A DNA stretch of 64,000 bases, taken from NCBI GenBank assembly GCA_045605765.1, contig JAZUQQ010000014.1:4076-68075 (forward strand), in the 5' to 3' direction. Made by a program: the position numbers and the translations under genes. The notes beneath the pieces were generated by a model. That model ran no database searches, was not told where the DNA came from, and was given only the letters and a program-made list of their open reading frames with translations. Positions within the stretch are counted from its first letter, which is position 1. The number at the start of each line of letters is the position of its first letter. Positions 1-9,571 of this stretch are shown piece after piece. Origin of the DNA: Eubacteriales bacterium. Its GTDB lineage: Bacteria > Bacillota > Clostridia > Oscillospirales > CAG-272.

Positions 1-993
1 GGAGCGACTCTTTCGACCGTCGTCATAACCGTTATGGTTCTCATCTTCGGCGAGGTCTGTCCCAAGAGCATCGCAAAGGATATGCCCGAATCGTTTGCAG
101 TGTTTTCCGCTCCGATAATAAGACTTTTCGTCTGGATCCTTGCTCCGATAAATTTCCTTTTCTCGCTCCTCAAAAAGGGGCTTTCCAAGATGCTCAAAGT
201 CAAGGACGGCGAAAAGACCTCTCAGGAAGAGCTTATAATGATGGTCGAAGAGGTAACCGAGGAGGGAACTCTCAACAGCGAAGAGAGCATTCTCGTGCAG
301 AATGCTATCGAGTTTTCCGATCTCAAAGCCGAGGACATACTCACGCACCGCGTTGACATTGAGGCTTTTCCCGTAGATGCGCCTAAGCAGGAGATCGCGC
401 AGGCGTTTTCGGAATCCAAATATTCTCGCCTTCTCGTTTATGAGGAGAGCATTGACAACATAGTCGGCGTCGTTCACCAGAAGGACTTTTACACAGGAAC
501 TGGCGTTACCAAAAAGGAGATCCGTGATATTATGACTCCGCCGATCTTCATTTTGCCATCGAAAAAGATCGACGAGCTCCTCAGACTTCTTCAAAAGAAC
601 AAATCGCACGTTGCGGTCGTTCTTGACGAATATGGCGGAACCTACGGGCTCGTCACCATGGAGGACATTCTCGAAGAGCTTGTCGGCGACATTTGGGACG
701 AGCACGACGAAGTTACCGAAAATTACCGCAGAGTCGGAGAAAACAACTTTAGAGTGAACTGTGCTATGACGGTTGACGATTTCTGCGCTCAGTTTGATAT
801 TGAGATCGAAACCGAAACGATATCGCTTAGCGGTTGGGTTACCGAGCAGCTCGCAAAGATTCCCGATGTTGGCGATAGCTTTGATTACCTCAACCTTTCG
901 ATTCGTGTAATTGCCACCGAGAGCCACCGTGTAAGCGAGGTCGAGGTCGTGGTAAACGACACGGACGAAGAAACCGAAGAAGTAAACGTATAA
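1..993 (+). CDS. CNNM/TlyC-family protein (DUF21 membrane region, tandem CBS, CorC_HlyC domain); N-terminus lies outside the window
   Basis: The frame is open to the window edge. CBS-pair and CorC/HlyC-type sequence is present (HVAVVLDEYGGTYGLVTMEDILEELVGDIWDEHD). Clear paralog of 38765-40111. Confidence 0.85.
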   Translation, partial: GATLSTVVITVMVLIFGEVCPKSIAKDMPESFAVFSAPIIRLFVWILAPINFLFSLLKKGLSKMLKVKDGEKTSQEELIMMVEEVTEEGTLNSEESILVQNAIEFSDLKAEDILTHRVDIEAFPVDAPKQEIAQAFSESKYSRLLVYEESIDNIVGVVHQKDFYTGTGVTKKEIRDIMTPPIFILPSKKIDELLRLLQKNKSHVAVVLDEYGGTYGLVTMEDILEELVGDIWDEHDEVTENYRRVGENNFRVNCAMTVDDFCAQFDIEIETETISLSGWVTEQLAKIPDVGDSFDYLNLSIRVIATESHRVSEVEVVVNDTDEETEEVNV

Positions 994-1080
994 AGCGATG
1001 CCGCGCAAAATAGTGAGAAAATTGAAATCAGCCACCACAAAAGGTTTCTGCAATAGAACCGTATCCTTTCTACTAACAAG

Positions 1081-1122
1081 AATAGGACAGAGAACATAAA
1101 AATTCTCTGTCCTATTTTCTTC
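1081..1122 (+). terminator. Rho-independent terminator
   Basis: 14-bp stem AATAGGACAGAGAA / TTCTCTGTCCTATT followed by a T-rich tail. Confidence 0.7.
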
Positions 1123-1186
1123 ACAAATGTTATATTAAAGTACAAGTAAAATGCTACTTCGTCAGCGTTATATTGTTGCAAGCAAC

Positions 1187-1297
1187 AGTGATATTGCTCC
1201 CGTTTGTAGCAGTGATATTATATTCGCCATTTTCATTTTAACTCGCGTAGCGAATATCACTCGTCACGAGACAGCATCACTGCGAAGCAATATCACT
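1187..1297. repeat. Cluster of AGTGATATT direct and inverted repeats forming nested helices
   Basis: AGTGATATTGC at 1187-1197 is the exact reverse complement of 1287-1297. AGTGATATT recurs at 1211-1219 and is reverse-complemented at 1253-1261. Confidence 0.6.
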
Positions 1298-1362
1298 CGC
1301 CAAAGGCGAATACAACTGGCGTACTTGCGATAAAGCAGGCACGCCAACGAGGCGGTTTTCTT

Positions 1363-1818
1363 TTATTTAACGACCGGAACCTTAACTACGATCTTCTTTA
1401 TAGGAGAGGAAACTCCGCCGAAAGCAAGACCGGGAGCGTGAGTGTCGCCCGGATAGAAGATGGCGAACTTTCCGCTGTCGAGCGTGATGTTCTGGAAGCA
1501 CTCGGGAGCGTAGTAGAACTCGATGTCTGGCTTATACTCGACTGCGATCGAGGTGTGTGCGGTGTCACCTGCGAGCAGGGTCTCCTTGCCCGAAATGATT
1601 ATCTGAATGTCGATGTAATCGTGGTGATTTTCGTAGTTCGGGTTTTCCTTGATCTTGGAATCGTACTCGGAAACCGAAGCGTAGACTCCGTTTTCACCGA
1701 AGTATTTTCCTGCGGGAGCGTTTTCGGCGATCAGCTTGTTTGCCAGAGCAAACGCGCCTTCAAAGCAGGGGTGTGCGCCGTTATAAAGGGACGAACGGTT
1801 TAAGGTGTCGATGATCAT
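1363..1818 (-). CDS. YhcH/YjgK/YiaL (DUF386, EbgC-like) family protein
   Basis: 151-aa ORF with the family-typical pattern (YENHHDYIDIQIIISGKE ... FAIFYPGDTHAP). SD AAAGGAG lies upstream. Confidence 0.75.
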   Translation of the reverse strand: MIIDTLNRSSLYNGAHPCFEGAFALANKLIAENAPAGKYFGENGVYASVSEYDSKIKENPNYENHHDYIDIQIIISGKETLLAGDTAHTSIAVEYKPDIEFYYAPECFQNITLDSGKFAIFYPGDTHAPGLAFGGVSSPIKKIVVKVPVVK

Positions 1819-1840
1819 TTTTGTATCTCCTTTAATATAA

Positions 1841-1884
1841 TTTTAAGTAAAGTTTTCCCAAGAAACGTTTTTAAAAGGTTTTCT
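1841..1884 (+). repeat. Intergenic repeat family, copy f (short variant)
   Basis: TTTTAAGTAAAGTTTTCCCAAGAAACGTTTTTAAAAGGTTTTCT aligns by eye to the copies at 10664 and 41575. It overlaps the mnmG stop codon. Confidence 0.55.
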
Positions 1885-3775
1885 GCGACAGATAGATCAG
1901 AAGCACCGAGATGTCGGCAGGGGAGATACCCGAAATTCGAGATGCCTGTCCGATCGTGAGCGGACGGAATTTTTCGAGCTTTTGGCGAGCCTCGATGCGT
2001 ATTCCTAAAACATCAGAAAAGTCGATATTTTCGGGAATTTTCATAGATTCAAGCTTTGCCTTGCGAGCGACCTCGGCGAGCTGTTTTTTGATATATCCCT
2101 CATACTTCACCGCTGTTTGTATACTAAGCAGTGCGGCACGGGAGATGTTTTTAGGTCTGTCGGGATCGAGCACCTCAATATCGCGGTAGGTGAGCTGAGG
2201 ACGGCGAAGAAGTTCGGCAAGCGAAATACCGGAGAGAGCATTTGCAAGTCCACGCTCGTTGAGAAAAGGATTTGCCTTTTCGGGAGATAAAAACGTGTGT
2301 TCAAGACGGTAGATCTCGTCCTGTATAAGCTTCTGTTTTGCCTCAAAGCGCGAAAATCTTTCGTCGTTGATGAGTCCTACTCGGTGACCTTCGGGTGTCA
2401 GTCGCTCGTCGGCGTTGTCCTGACGCAGAAGAAGTCTGTATTCGCTTCTCGAGGTCATCATTCTGTATGGCTCGTTTGTACCCTTGGTTACGAGATCGTC
2501 GATAAGCGTTCCGATATACGAGCTGTTGCGCGAGAGTACGAGCGGTTTTTCTCCCTTTATTGAAAGGGAAGCGTTTATGCCTGCAATAAGACCTTGCACG
2601 GCGGCTTCCTCGTATCCCGAGCTGCCGTTGAACTGTCCTGCGCCATAAAGACCGCCGATATTTTTGAATTCGAGTGTCGCGAAAAGCTGAGTAGGATCTA
2701 TGCAATCGTATTCGATGGCGTACGCGGTACGCATCACCTTTGCATTTTCGAAGCCTCTTATGCTGTGAAGCATCTGCATCTGCACCTCTTCGGGAAGAGA
2801 TGAAGAAAATCCCTGCAGATATATTTCTTTGGTGTCAAGACCGCAGGGCTCGACGAAGAGCTGATGACGGCTTTTATCCGAAAAACGGACTACTTTGTCC
2901 TCGATACTAGGGCAGTATCTAGGACCCGTGCCCTCGATAACTCCCGAATAAAGAGGCGAGCGCGAAAGGTTTTCCTTTATTATGCGATGCGTTTCCTCGT
3001 TTGTGTATGCAATATGGCAGGGAAGCTGCTTCATATTTGCATAAGCATCGGGATCGGTATAGACCGAGAAGGGAATACACTCGTCACCCGTTTCGCCGTT
3101 TTGAATTTCCAGCAGACTGAAATCAATGCTGTCCGCGTGAATTCTCGGAGGAGTTCCGGTCTTGAATCGCATAAGCGAAATTCCGAGATCGCGCAGGCAG
3201 TCGGAAAGTCCGTGCGCGGGTAGAAGTCCGTCAGGGCCGGAGGTGCATACCGTCTCGCCTGTTATCGTGCGCGAATCAAGGAACGTACCACTGCAAATTA
3301 TCGCGGCGGAAACCTCCCACACGGCACCCATTGAAGTCGTTACAGAGCTAACTCGCATCTTTCCGTCAGAGTCTTTTTCTGTTTCGATAGATATTATTTC
3401 AGCCTGAATGAGCGAGAGATTTTCTGTATTCTCAAGGACTTTTTTTATTGTTGACTTGTATAGCCCGCGGTCTGCCTGAACTCTTTTCGAGTGGACTGCC
3501 GCGCCCTTCCCGAGGTTAAGCGTTCTGCTTTGTAAAGTTACGGCATCTGCCGCACGCCCCATTTCGCCGCCGAGCGCGTCTATCTCGTAAACGAGATGAC
3601 CTTTTCCCGTGCCTCCGATAGACGGATTGCAGGGCATATTTCCGACCGCATCAAGGTTTATCGTGAACAGCAACACGTCAAGACCCAGTCTTGCGGCACT
3701 GAGAGCCGCCTCAACTCCGGCGTGTCCTGCTCCGATAACGGCAATATCCGCTTTTCCTGCATTATATTTGATCAT
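1871..3775 (-). CDS. mnmG: tRNA uridine 5-carboxymethylaminomethyl modification enzyme MnmG (GidA)
   Basis: 634 aa. N-terminal FAD motif VIGAGHAGVEAA and full-length GidA-like sequence. Confidence 0.95.
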   Translation of the reverse strand: MIKYNAGKADIAVIGAGHAGVEAALSAARLGLDVLLFTINLDAVGNMPCNPSIGGTGKGHLVYEIDALGGEMGRAADAVTLQSRTLNLGKGAAVHSKRVQADRGLYKSTIKKVLENTENLSLIQAEIISIETEKDSDGKMRVSSVTTSMGAVWEVSAAIICSGTFLDSRTITGETVCTSGPDGLLPAHGLSDCLRDLGISLMRFKTGTPPRIHADSIDFSLLEIQNGETGDECIPFSVYTDPDAYANMKQLPCHIAYTNEETHRIIKENLSRSPLYSGVIEGTGPRYCPSIEDKVVRFSDKSRHQLFVEPCGLDTKEIYLQGFSSSLPEEVQMQMLHSIRGFENAKVMRTAYAIEYDCIDPTQLFATLEFKNIGGLYGAGQFNGSSGYEEAAVQGLIAGINASLSIKGEKPLVLSRNSSYIGTLIDDLVTKGTNEPYRMMTSRSEYRLLLRQDNADERLTPEGHRVGLINDERFSRFEAKQKLIQDEIYRLEHTFLSPEKANPFLNERGLANALSGISLAELLRRPQLTYRDIEVLDPDRPKNISRAALLSIQTAVKYEGYIKKQLAEVARKAKLESMKIPENIDFSDVLGIRIEARQKLEKFRPLTIGQASRISGISPADISVLLIYLSQKTF

Positions 3776-3789
3776 TTTTATTCTAATTT

Positions 3790-3835
3790 AGGAAACTTTT
3801 TGAAAAAAGTTTCCTAAGACCTTCAAAACTTTTCC
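3790..3835 (-). repeat. Intergenic repeat family, copy a (sense to mnmG, directly upstream of its start)
   Basis: Palindrome AGGAAACTTTTTGAAAAAAGTTTCCT at 3790-3815, plus a left arm containing GAAGG (minus strand). Confidence 0.6.
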
Positions 3836-3848
3836 TGACAGAAAAGCT

Positions 3849-3900
3849 ATTTTACTCAAAGTTTTTGAAATTCCAAGAAACTTTTTCCAAAAAGTTTCTT
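3849..3900 (+). repeat. Intergenic repeat family, copy b
   Basis: ATTTTACTCAAAGTTTTTGAAATTCCAAGAAACTTTTTCCAAAAAGTTTCTT. Palindromic core at 3875-3900. Head-to-head with copy a. Confidence 0.6.
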
Positions 3901-3927
3901 AGTGGGGTCAAGGGGCAAAGCCCCTTG

Positions 3928-5205
3928 TTAAACGAGTTTCTCGAGAGTTGCTATCTTTGCCGCGCAGACGAGAACCGAAACTGCGATTTTCAGCTCGTCA
4001 ACCGGCGGGAAGGTCGGCGCGATGCGGAGCACACTGTCATCGGGATCCTTTCCGTAAGGGAAGGTCGCACCGGCATTTGTGAGCGTAACTCCCGCTTTTT
4101 TGCAAAGCTCGAAGGTTCGGCTCGCACAGCCTTTGTCGAGATAAAGCGTTATGAAATATCCGCCTCTCGGATTTGTCCAGTGAGTGTTTGGCAGACAGGA
4201 AAGCTCTTTCTCAAATTCGGAAAGAACCGTTTCGAATTTCGGGCGAAGTATCGATGCGTGGCGCTTCATATGAGCTTTGAGGCTGTCGAAATCTTTGAGA
4301 AACTCAACGTGGCGGAGCATATTCATCTTGTCAAAGCCAATGGTCTGTACAGTAAGTATCGATTTTATAAACTCAACATTTTCCTTGCCAGAAACGATAG
4401 CCGAGATGCCCGAGCCGGGGAAGGTGACCTTAGAGGTCGAGGCGAACATTATAAAAATGTTCTCGTTGCCTGCTTTTTTAGCCTCGTCGTAGAGGCTGAG
4501 CAGCTTATCGCCCTCGTCGTAAAGATCGTGAACTACGTACGCGTTATCCCAGAAAATTCTGAAATCGTCTGCGGCAGGCTTCAGATTTGCAAAGCGACGG
4601 ACGGTGTCGTCAGAGTAGGTGTATCCGTCCGGATTTGAATATTTCGGAACGCACCATATGCCCTTGACCGAGCTGTCGCTTTCGACGTATTTTTCAACGA
4701 GATCCATATCAGGTCCGTCGGGAGTCATCGGGATATTGATCATTTCGATTCCGAAGGTTTCGGTTATTGCAAAATGCCTGTCATAACCGGGGACGGGGCA
4801 TAGAAATTTGATCTTGCCCTGTCTGCACCAAGGGGTAGCACCCTTGTAGGAACCGAAGAGCATCGCGCGCGCGATTGCATCAAACATAAGATTAAGGCTT
4901 GAATTTCCGCAGACGATAACGTTCTCTGCGGGAGCTTCGAGTATTGTTGCGAAAAGTCTTTTTGCTTCGGGAATCCCGTCAAGTAGTCCGTAGTTGCGGC
5001 AGTCGGTGCCGTCATCGGCAATAGGCGAGGAAATGTCCACTTGCATATCGACCGACAGTTCGAGCTGATCTGCACCCGGCTTTCCTCTCGCCATATTGAG
5101 ACTGAGCTTCTTTTCAAGAAAGCTTTCGTATATCTCACGCTCCTTTTCTAGCTCCTTTGCGAGCTCAGGATGTGTCATTTGTGAGTAATTCATTTTATTC
5201 TCCAT
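3928..5205 (-). CDS. PLP-dependent aminotransferase, class I/II fold
   Basis: 425 aa. Aminotransferase-like layout with a candidate PLP lysine in FASTSKVTFPGSG. Substrate not assignable. Confidence 0.7.
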   Translation of the reverse strand: MENKMNYSQMTHPELAKELEKEREIYESFLEKKLSLNMARGKPGADQLELSVDMQVDISSPIADDGTDCRNYGLLDGIPEAKRLFATILEAPAENVIVCGNSSLNLMFDAIARAMLFGSYKGATPWCRQGKIKFLCPVPGYDRHFAITETFGIEMINIPMTPDGPDMDLVEKYVESDSSVKGIWCVPKYSNPDGYTYSDDTVRRFANLKPAADDFRIFWDNAYVVHDLYDEGDKLLSLYDEAKKAGNENIFIMFASTSKVTFPGSGISAIVSGKENVEFIKSILTVQTIGFDKMNMLRHVEFLKDFDSLKAHMKRHASILRPKFETVLSEFEKELSCLPNTHWTNPRGGYFITLYLDKGCASRTFELCKKAGVTLTNAGATFPYGKDPDDSVLRIAPTFPPVDELKIAVSVLVCAAKIATLEKLV

Positions 5206-5220
5206 TAATTTACTACTTTA

Positions 5221-6615
5221 TTAAAATTCTGCGTTTCCTGTCGTTCTCGGAAAACTTTCTACGTCGCGAATGTTCGACATGCCGGTAACGTACATAATAA
5301 GGCGCTCAAAGCCGAGACCGAAGCCTGCGTGCTTCGTGCCACCGTAGCGGCGAAGCTCGGTGTACCAAGAATAAGATTCTTTATCAAGACCGAAGCGGTC
5401 GAAGGCTGCTTCCAGATAATCAACTCTTTCCTCGCGTTGAGATCCGCCGATAAGCTCTCCGACACCCGGAACGAGAAGGTCCATAGCGGCGACAGTCTTG
5501 CCGTCGTCGTTGAGGCGCATATAGAACGCCTTGATCTCCCTTGGCCAGTTGGTAACGAATACCGGACGCTTGAAATACTTTTCGGTCAGGTATCTTTCGT
5601 GCTCGGTTTGGAGATCTTCTCCCCAACCAACAGGATATTCGAAGCTCTCGCCGCTCTTTTTGAGGATCTCTATAGCCTCCTCGTAAGTGCATACTGCGAA
5701 GCTCGAATTTACGATGCCTTCAAGACGCTCTATAAGACCTTTGTCAACTCTGAGGTTGAAGAATTCAAGCTCGTCTCGGCACTCGGTGAGGAGCGCGCTG
5801 ATGACGTATTTAAGCATCTTTTCCGCGAGCTCCATGTCGTCTGAAAGATCGGCAAATGCGATCTCGGGCTCGAGCATCCAAAACTCTGCCGCGTGGCGAG
5901 GAGTGTTCGAGCGCTCTGCACGGAAGGTCGGACCGAAGGTATATACCTTGCCGAACGCCATAGCGTATGACTCAACGTTGAGCTGACCTGAAACGGTGAG
6001 GTTTGCGCTCTTGCAGAAGAAATCTTGACTGTAATCGACACTTCCGTCGGGATTTCTCGGAATGTTGTCAAAATCAAGGGTGGTTACCTTGAACATATCG
6101 CCCGCGCCCTCGCAGTCTGAGGTCGTGATAAGCGGAGTGTGAACGTATATAAAACCATTCTCGTAGAAAAATCTGTGAAGTATCTGAGCCGCCATACTGC
6201 GAACGCGGAAAACTGCCGAGAAAAGGTTGGTTCTCGGACGAAGATGCGGCTTGGTACGAAGGAATTCAAGCGACTGTCCCTTTTTCTGCATAGGGTAGTC
6301 GGGAGTAGATGTTCCTTCTATCTCAATATTTTCCGCTTTAAGCTCGAAGGGCTGCTTTGCCTCTGGAGTGAGCACGAGCACTCCAGTGATGCAGAATGAC
6401 GCACCGACGTTCTGCTTTGCTACCGTTTTGTAGTTTTCAAGCTTGTCGGCTTCGAAAACAACTTGAAGATTTTTGAAGCAGGATCCGTCGTTAAGCTCGA
6501 TAAAGCCGAACACATTGCTCGCGCGGATAGTTCTGCACCAACCTGCAACAGTTATCGTTTTTCCGTCAAATGACGAGGGATTGCTGAAAATTTTTGTAAT
6601 TTCGATTCTTTTCAT
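5221..6615 (-). CDS. asnS: Asparagine--tRNA ligase
   Basis: 464 aa. N-terminal OB anticodon-binding domain and a class IIb core ([38 protein letters not shown]). Confidence 0.93.
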   Translation of the reverse strand: MKRIEITKIFSNPSSFDGKTITVAGWCRTIRASNVFGFIELNDGSCFKNLQVVFEADKLENYKTVAKQNVGASFCITGVLVLTPEAKQPFELKAENIEIEGTSTPDYPMQKKGQSLEFLRTKPHLRPRTNLFSAVFRVRSMAAQILHRFFYENGFIYVHTPLITTSDCEGAGDMFKVTTLDFDNIPRNPDGSVDYSQDFFCKSANLTVSGQLNVESYAMAFGKVYTFGPTFRAERSNTPRHAAEFWMLEPEIAFADLSDDMELAEKMLKYVISALLTECRDELEFFNLRVDKGLIERLEGIVNSSFAVCTYEEAIEILKKSGESFEYPVGWGEDLQTEHERYLTEKYFKRPVFVTNWPREIKAFYMRLNDDGKTVAAMDLLVPGVGELIGGSQREERVDYLEAAFDRFGLDKESYSWYTELRRYGGTKHAGFGLGFERLIMYVTGMSNIRDVESFPRTTGNAEF

Positions 6616-6797
6616 TATTTATGACCATTCCTTTCTTTGCATTTGTGCCGCAAGGTACAAATAGATTTGAAAACGGCGCACTTTATTCTATGACTGTATT
6701 TCGTTTTCAAACTTTTCTCCTGATATAAAATGTTGTAATTTCTTTTCCTATATGTTATAATGCTTTTATAATGAATGATTTATAAAGGATTTTTGCT

Positions 6798-7124
6798 ATG
6801 GAAGTAAAAAGATTTTCAAAAAACGACAGCGGATTTATCTGCGAAAATTGCGGCAAAGAGGTAAAGCCTCTCGGAAAGAGCTCGCGCGATCACTGTCCGT
6901 TCTGTCTCTGGTCGATACATGTTGACATAAATCCTGGTGACAGAGCCAACGAGTGCAGAGGGCTTATGGAGCCGGTGTCTGCCGTTACCGATCCGAGAAA
7001 AGGGTATATAATCATATACCGATGCACAAAATGTGGCGAAACACACAGAAACCGAGCGGCACACGATGCGGCAGTTCAGCCGGACAGTCTTAAAAAGCTT
7101 ATTACGCTTACCGCTATGCATTGA
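6798..7124 (+). CDS. RNHCP domain-containing zinc-ribbon protein
   Basis: 108 aa with CENCG ... SRDHCPFCLWSIHVD ... CTKCG, which matches my recollection of the RNHCP family. An extended -10 (TGTTATAAT) lies upstream. Confidence 0.7.
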   Translation: MEVKRFSKNDSGFICENCGKEVKPLGKSSRDHCPFCLWSIHVDINPGDRANECRGLMEPVSAVTDPRKGYIIIYRCTKCGETHRNRAAHDAAVQPDSLKKLITLTAMH

Positions 7125-7144
7125 AAATAAAAACGCCTCGGAAA

Positions 7145-7336
7145 CGCAAAAAACGTTACCCGGGACGAACTGTTCTTAGTCCGCGGTGCCACCCGCATTG
7201 ATGCGACCTGCGCATCCACTTTCAAATATTTTGTTTTGAAAAACCGAGTGTTCCCTGACTTAATACTCTCCCGACCGCGCTTTCAGCCTACGACGCGGAC
7301 TCTCTGACAGGATTTCCACAAAAGCAGATTCTCTTA
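7145..7336 (-). promoter_or_regulatory. T-box riboswitch leader with intrinsic terminator; candidate AAC (Asn) specifier
   Basis: Minus strand shows the Stem I distal signature CAGAGAGUCCGCG..GGCUGAAAGCGCGG and the T-box sequence AAUGCGGGUGGCACCGCGG (plus 7182-7194). A terminator helix and U6 follow (plus 7148-7153). GGGAACA at plus 7248-7255 offers AAC followed by a purine. Confidence 0.75.
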
Positions 7337-7342
7337 CCGTTT

Positions 7343-7371
7343 ATTATATATCCGTTTATAATTTTTGTCAA
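7343..7371 (-). promoter_or_regulatory. Sigma-A type promoter driving the T-box leader
   Basis: Minus strand TTGACA (7366-7371), 17-nt spacer, TATAAT (7343-7348). Confidence 0.7.
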
Positions 7372-7542
7372 GGGGCTTTGCGACAAAAATCACATAAAAC
7401 ATCTTGCTGTTTGACTAAAAATATAAAATGAATGTAAATTTAAAAAAAAGAACAAAAACATATTGCAAAAAGCAAACAAATGTAGTATAATTACAGAAGT
7501 AAACGATGCAGAGGAATTCTCTGAAATAATTTGGAGGCATTT

Positions 7543-8241
7543 ATGGAATTTATTGAATATAAGCGCTTTGCCGCTTTTTTTAAACAGAGTTACGATAAGA
7601 TTACCAAAATAATGATCATCGTCGGACTTGCTCTTACGGTGGTGGGTGGTATCCCCGCTCTTCTCGGATTTTTCTACGTATCCGGATTTTACGACCTGAG
7701 ATTTTATTTTCTTATAGCCTGCGGAGCGGGTGCTGTTACTTGGGCAGTGGGTTCCGGGAGAGTCGTAAAAGAATTTGAATTTGACGATGTGTTTTACAGA
7801 GTTTCCCGCGAGATAAAGGAAAAGTGCGAATCTAAGTTCGGTTACGCTGACGATCTTAAAAATGCGGTAACATTTGAAGGCTTTGTTATTGATGAGAACA
7901 ACCTTGAAAGCGTCAGAAAATTCGGAGCAAAGAATGTTTCCCCTTTGGGAAGAGTTTGCTACGTTTATTCGCGCAAAGAAAAATTCTACGTTTTCACCCG
8001 CACCTTCTCACTGACAGAGGATTTCTTCGAGGACAAGGAATACGACATACATTACAGTAATATCGCAAGTGCTGAATATATTACATCTGAGCTTAGCGAC
8101 GATGTTACTGTTAACAAGATTTTGGTCAAAGATGCAGACAAGACTCTCCTTGAAGCGTTTGTTATGGTTAGCGACTACGATAGTGAGACCTTCCCCGAAA
8201 ACGTTATTCACAAGAGAAATCATATTATGGCACGTATGTGA
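7543..8241 (+). CDS. Hypothetical membrane protein (two N-terminal TM helices)
   Basis: The ORF is preceded by GGAGG 6 nt before the ATG at 7543, with a TTGCAA-N17-TATAAT promoter at 7463-7491. No family recognised. Confidence 0.6.
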   Translation: MEFIEYKRFAAFFKQSYDKITKIMIIVGLALTVVGGIPALLGFFYVSGFYDLRFYFLIACGAGAVTWAVGSGRVVKEFEFDDVFYRVSREIKEKCESKFGYADDLKNAVTFEGFVIDENNLESVRKFGAKNVSPLGRVCYVYSRKEKFYVFTRTFSLTEDFFEDKEYDIHYSNIASAEYITSELSDDVTVNKILVKDADKTLLEAFVMVSDYDSETFPENVIHKRNHIMARM

Positions 8242-8382
8242 AAAAACGATGCTGTTGGCATTGTTTGACGGTTTAGCTTCGCAAAACTAACCTCGGCAGC
8301 GAAGCCGCGATTCGGCAAGAAATCCCATCCAAAGAGTGCGACTTTTGCGCGTTGCGAATGAGGTCAAATTTTCAAATTATCT

Positions 8383-8407
8383 AAACTCGCCGAAAGGCGA
8401 GTTTTTT
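8383..8407 (+). terminator. Rho-independent terminator
   Basis: AAACTCGCC GAAA GGCGAGTTTTTT. Confidence 0.75.
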
Positions 8408-8506
8408 GTTACGCGTTACGGTAAGTTGTTACAAATCTCTTGACATCAAACTTGGTGAGTGATAAAATATAAGAAAAGAATTATAAAGTAAAAGGACAAC
8501 ATTCCG

Positions 8507-9571
8507 ATGAAAATAATAGAGGTAAAAACAGGTAAACCATATCAGATAATTGTCGATCGTGGGGCGCTAGATACACTCGGCAAAAAAATAAAGAATGTTT
8601 GCAGTGCGAAAAAAGTTATGGTCGTTACCGACGAAACGGTTGAAGCACTCTATTTTGCGCGCATCAAAAGATCACTTGAAGATGAAAATCTTGAAGTGTG
8701 CAAGTTTGTGATAGTTCCCGGCGAAAAATCAAAATCGACCGACAATCTCGTAAGACTTTGGGAGACCCTTGCTGATAGCGATATAACGCGAAGCGACGCT
8801 GTTGTCGCGCTCGGCGGTGGCGTAGTCGGAGATCTCGCAGGATTTGCCGCATCAACTTTCCTTCGCGGCATAAAATATATTCAGATTCCCACGACTCTGC
8901 TTGCTATGACCGATTCTTCGGTTGGTGGTAAGACTGCTGTTGACCTGAAAGCGGGCAAAAATCTCGCGGGTGCATTTCATCAACCCTGTCTTGTTCTGTG
9001 TGACCCCGAAACGCTCGAAACGCTCCCGAAAGAGCATTTCCGCGACGGAATGGCAGAGGTCATAAAATACGGTATGATAAACCGTACCGCGCTTATAGAC
9101 AAGCTTTACGCTTACGACGGGGCAGACAAAGACGCACTTGACGATATAATCTCTATGTGCATTGAGGATAAGCGCGATATCGTTTCCAAAGACGAGTTTG
9201 ATTTCGGTATCCGTGCGCTACTTAATTTTGGACACACTCCCGCACACGCTATCGAGCTTTATTCAAATTATGAGACCACTCATGGAAGCGCGGTGGCTGT
9301 TGGTATGGCAATAATAACACGCGCATCGGTAAAAATGGGTCTTTGTGATAATATTGTGCTCGACAGACTTATTACCCTGATCGATAAATTCGGACTTCCG
9401 AGTGAAACCTGTTTCAGTGCAAAAGAGCTTGCAGACGGAGCACTCGGAGACAAAAAGAGAATGGGCGAAAGTATAAATGTCATTCTCATTTACGGTGTAG
9501 GTGACGCGAGAATTTGTAAGGTCAAGGTAAGTGAACTTGAAGAAATATTCCAAAAAGGGCTTGAAAAATAA
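8507..9571 (+). CDS. aroB: 3-dehydroquinate synthase
   Basis: 354 aa with GGGVVGDLAGFAA, DSSVGGKTAVD and HTPAHAIE motifs. TTGACA-N17-TAAAAT promoter at 8440-8468. Confidence 0.92.
   Translation: MKIIEVKTGKPYQIIVDRGALDTLGKKIKNVCSAKKVMVVTDETVEALYFARIKRSLEDENLEVCKFVIVPGEKSKSTDNLVRLWETLADSDITRSDAVVALGGGVVGDLAGFAASTFLRGIKYIQIPTTLLAMTDSSVGGKTAVDLKAGKNLAGAFHQPCLVLCDPETLETLPKEHFRDGMAEVIKYGMINRTALIDKLYAYDGADKDALDDIISMCIEDKRDIVSKDEFDFGIRALLNFGHTPAHAIELYSNYETTHGSAVAVGMAIITRASVKMGLCDNIVLDRLITLIDKFGLPSETCFSAKELADGALGDKKRMGESINVILIYGVGDARICKVKVSELEEIFQKGLEK

Noticed and set aside
1151-1333. A 60-aa plus-strand ORF in the convergent spacer.
   Set aside because: It simply translates the AGTGATATT repeats (SNSDIAP / SSDIIF / ANITRHE / SNITRQR). 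It has no RBS and is reported as a repeat cluster instead.
3865-4638. Long ORFs lying antisense within clearly identified genes. Examples are 3865-4638, 9905-10558, 14466-15353, 17764-18459, 18922-19797, 28967-29641, 29767-30501, 35063-35887, 37263-37916, 50498-51169 and 59786-60460.
   Set aside because: Each is fully contained in, and opposite to, a gene with unmistakable family motifs. Their translations are low-complexity or Arg/Ser/Cys-rich, with no recognisable motifs or RBS. They are typical shadow ORFs.
6816-7121. A 101-aa minus-strand ORF starting 27 nt after the T-box terminator, which could have been the T-box-regulated gene.
   Set aside because: Its translation (MHSGKRNKLFKTVRLNCRIVCRSVSV...) looks like antisense noise. 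The opposite-strand ORF has the RNHCP Cys/His pattern and its own extended -10 promoter.
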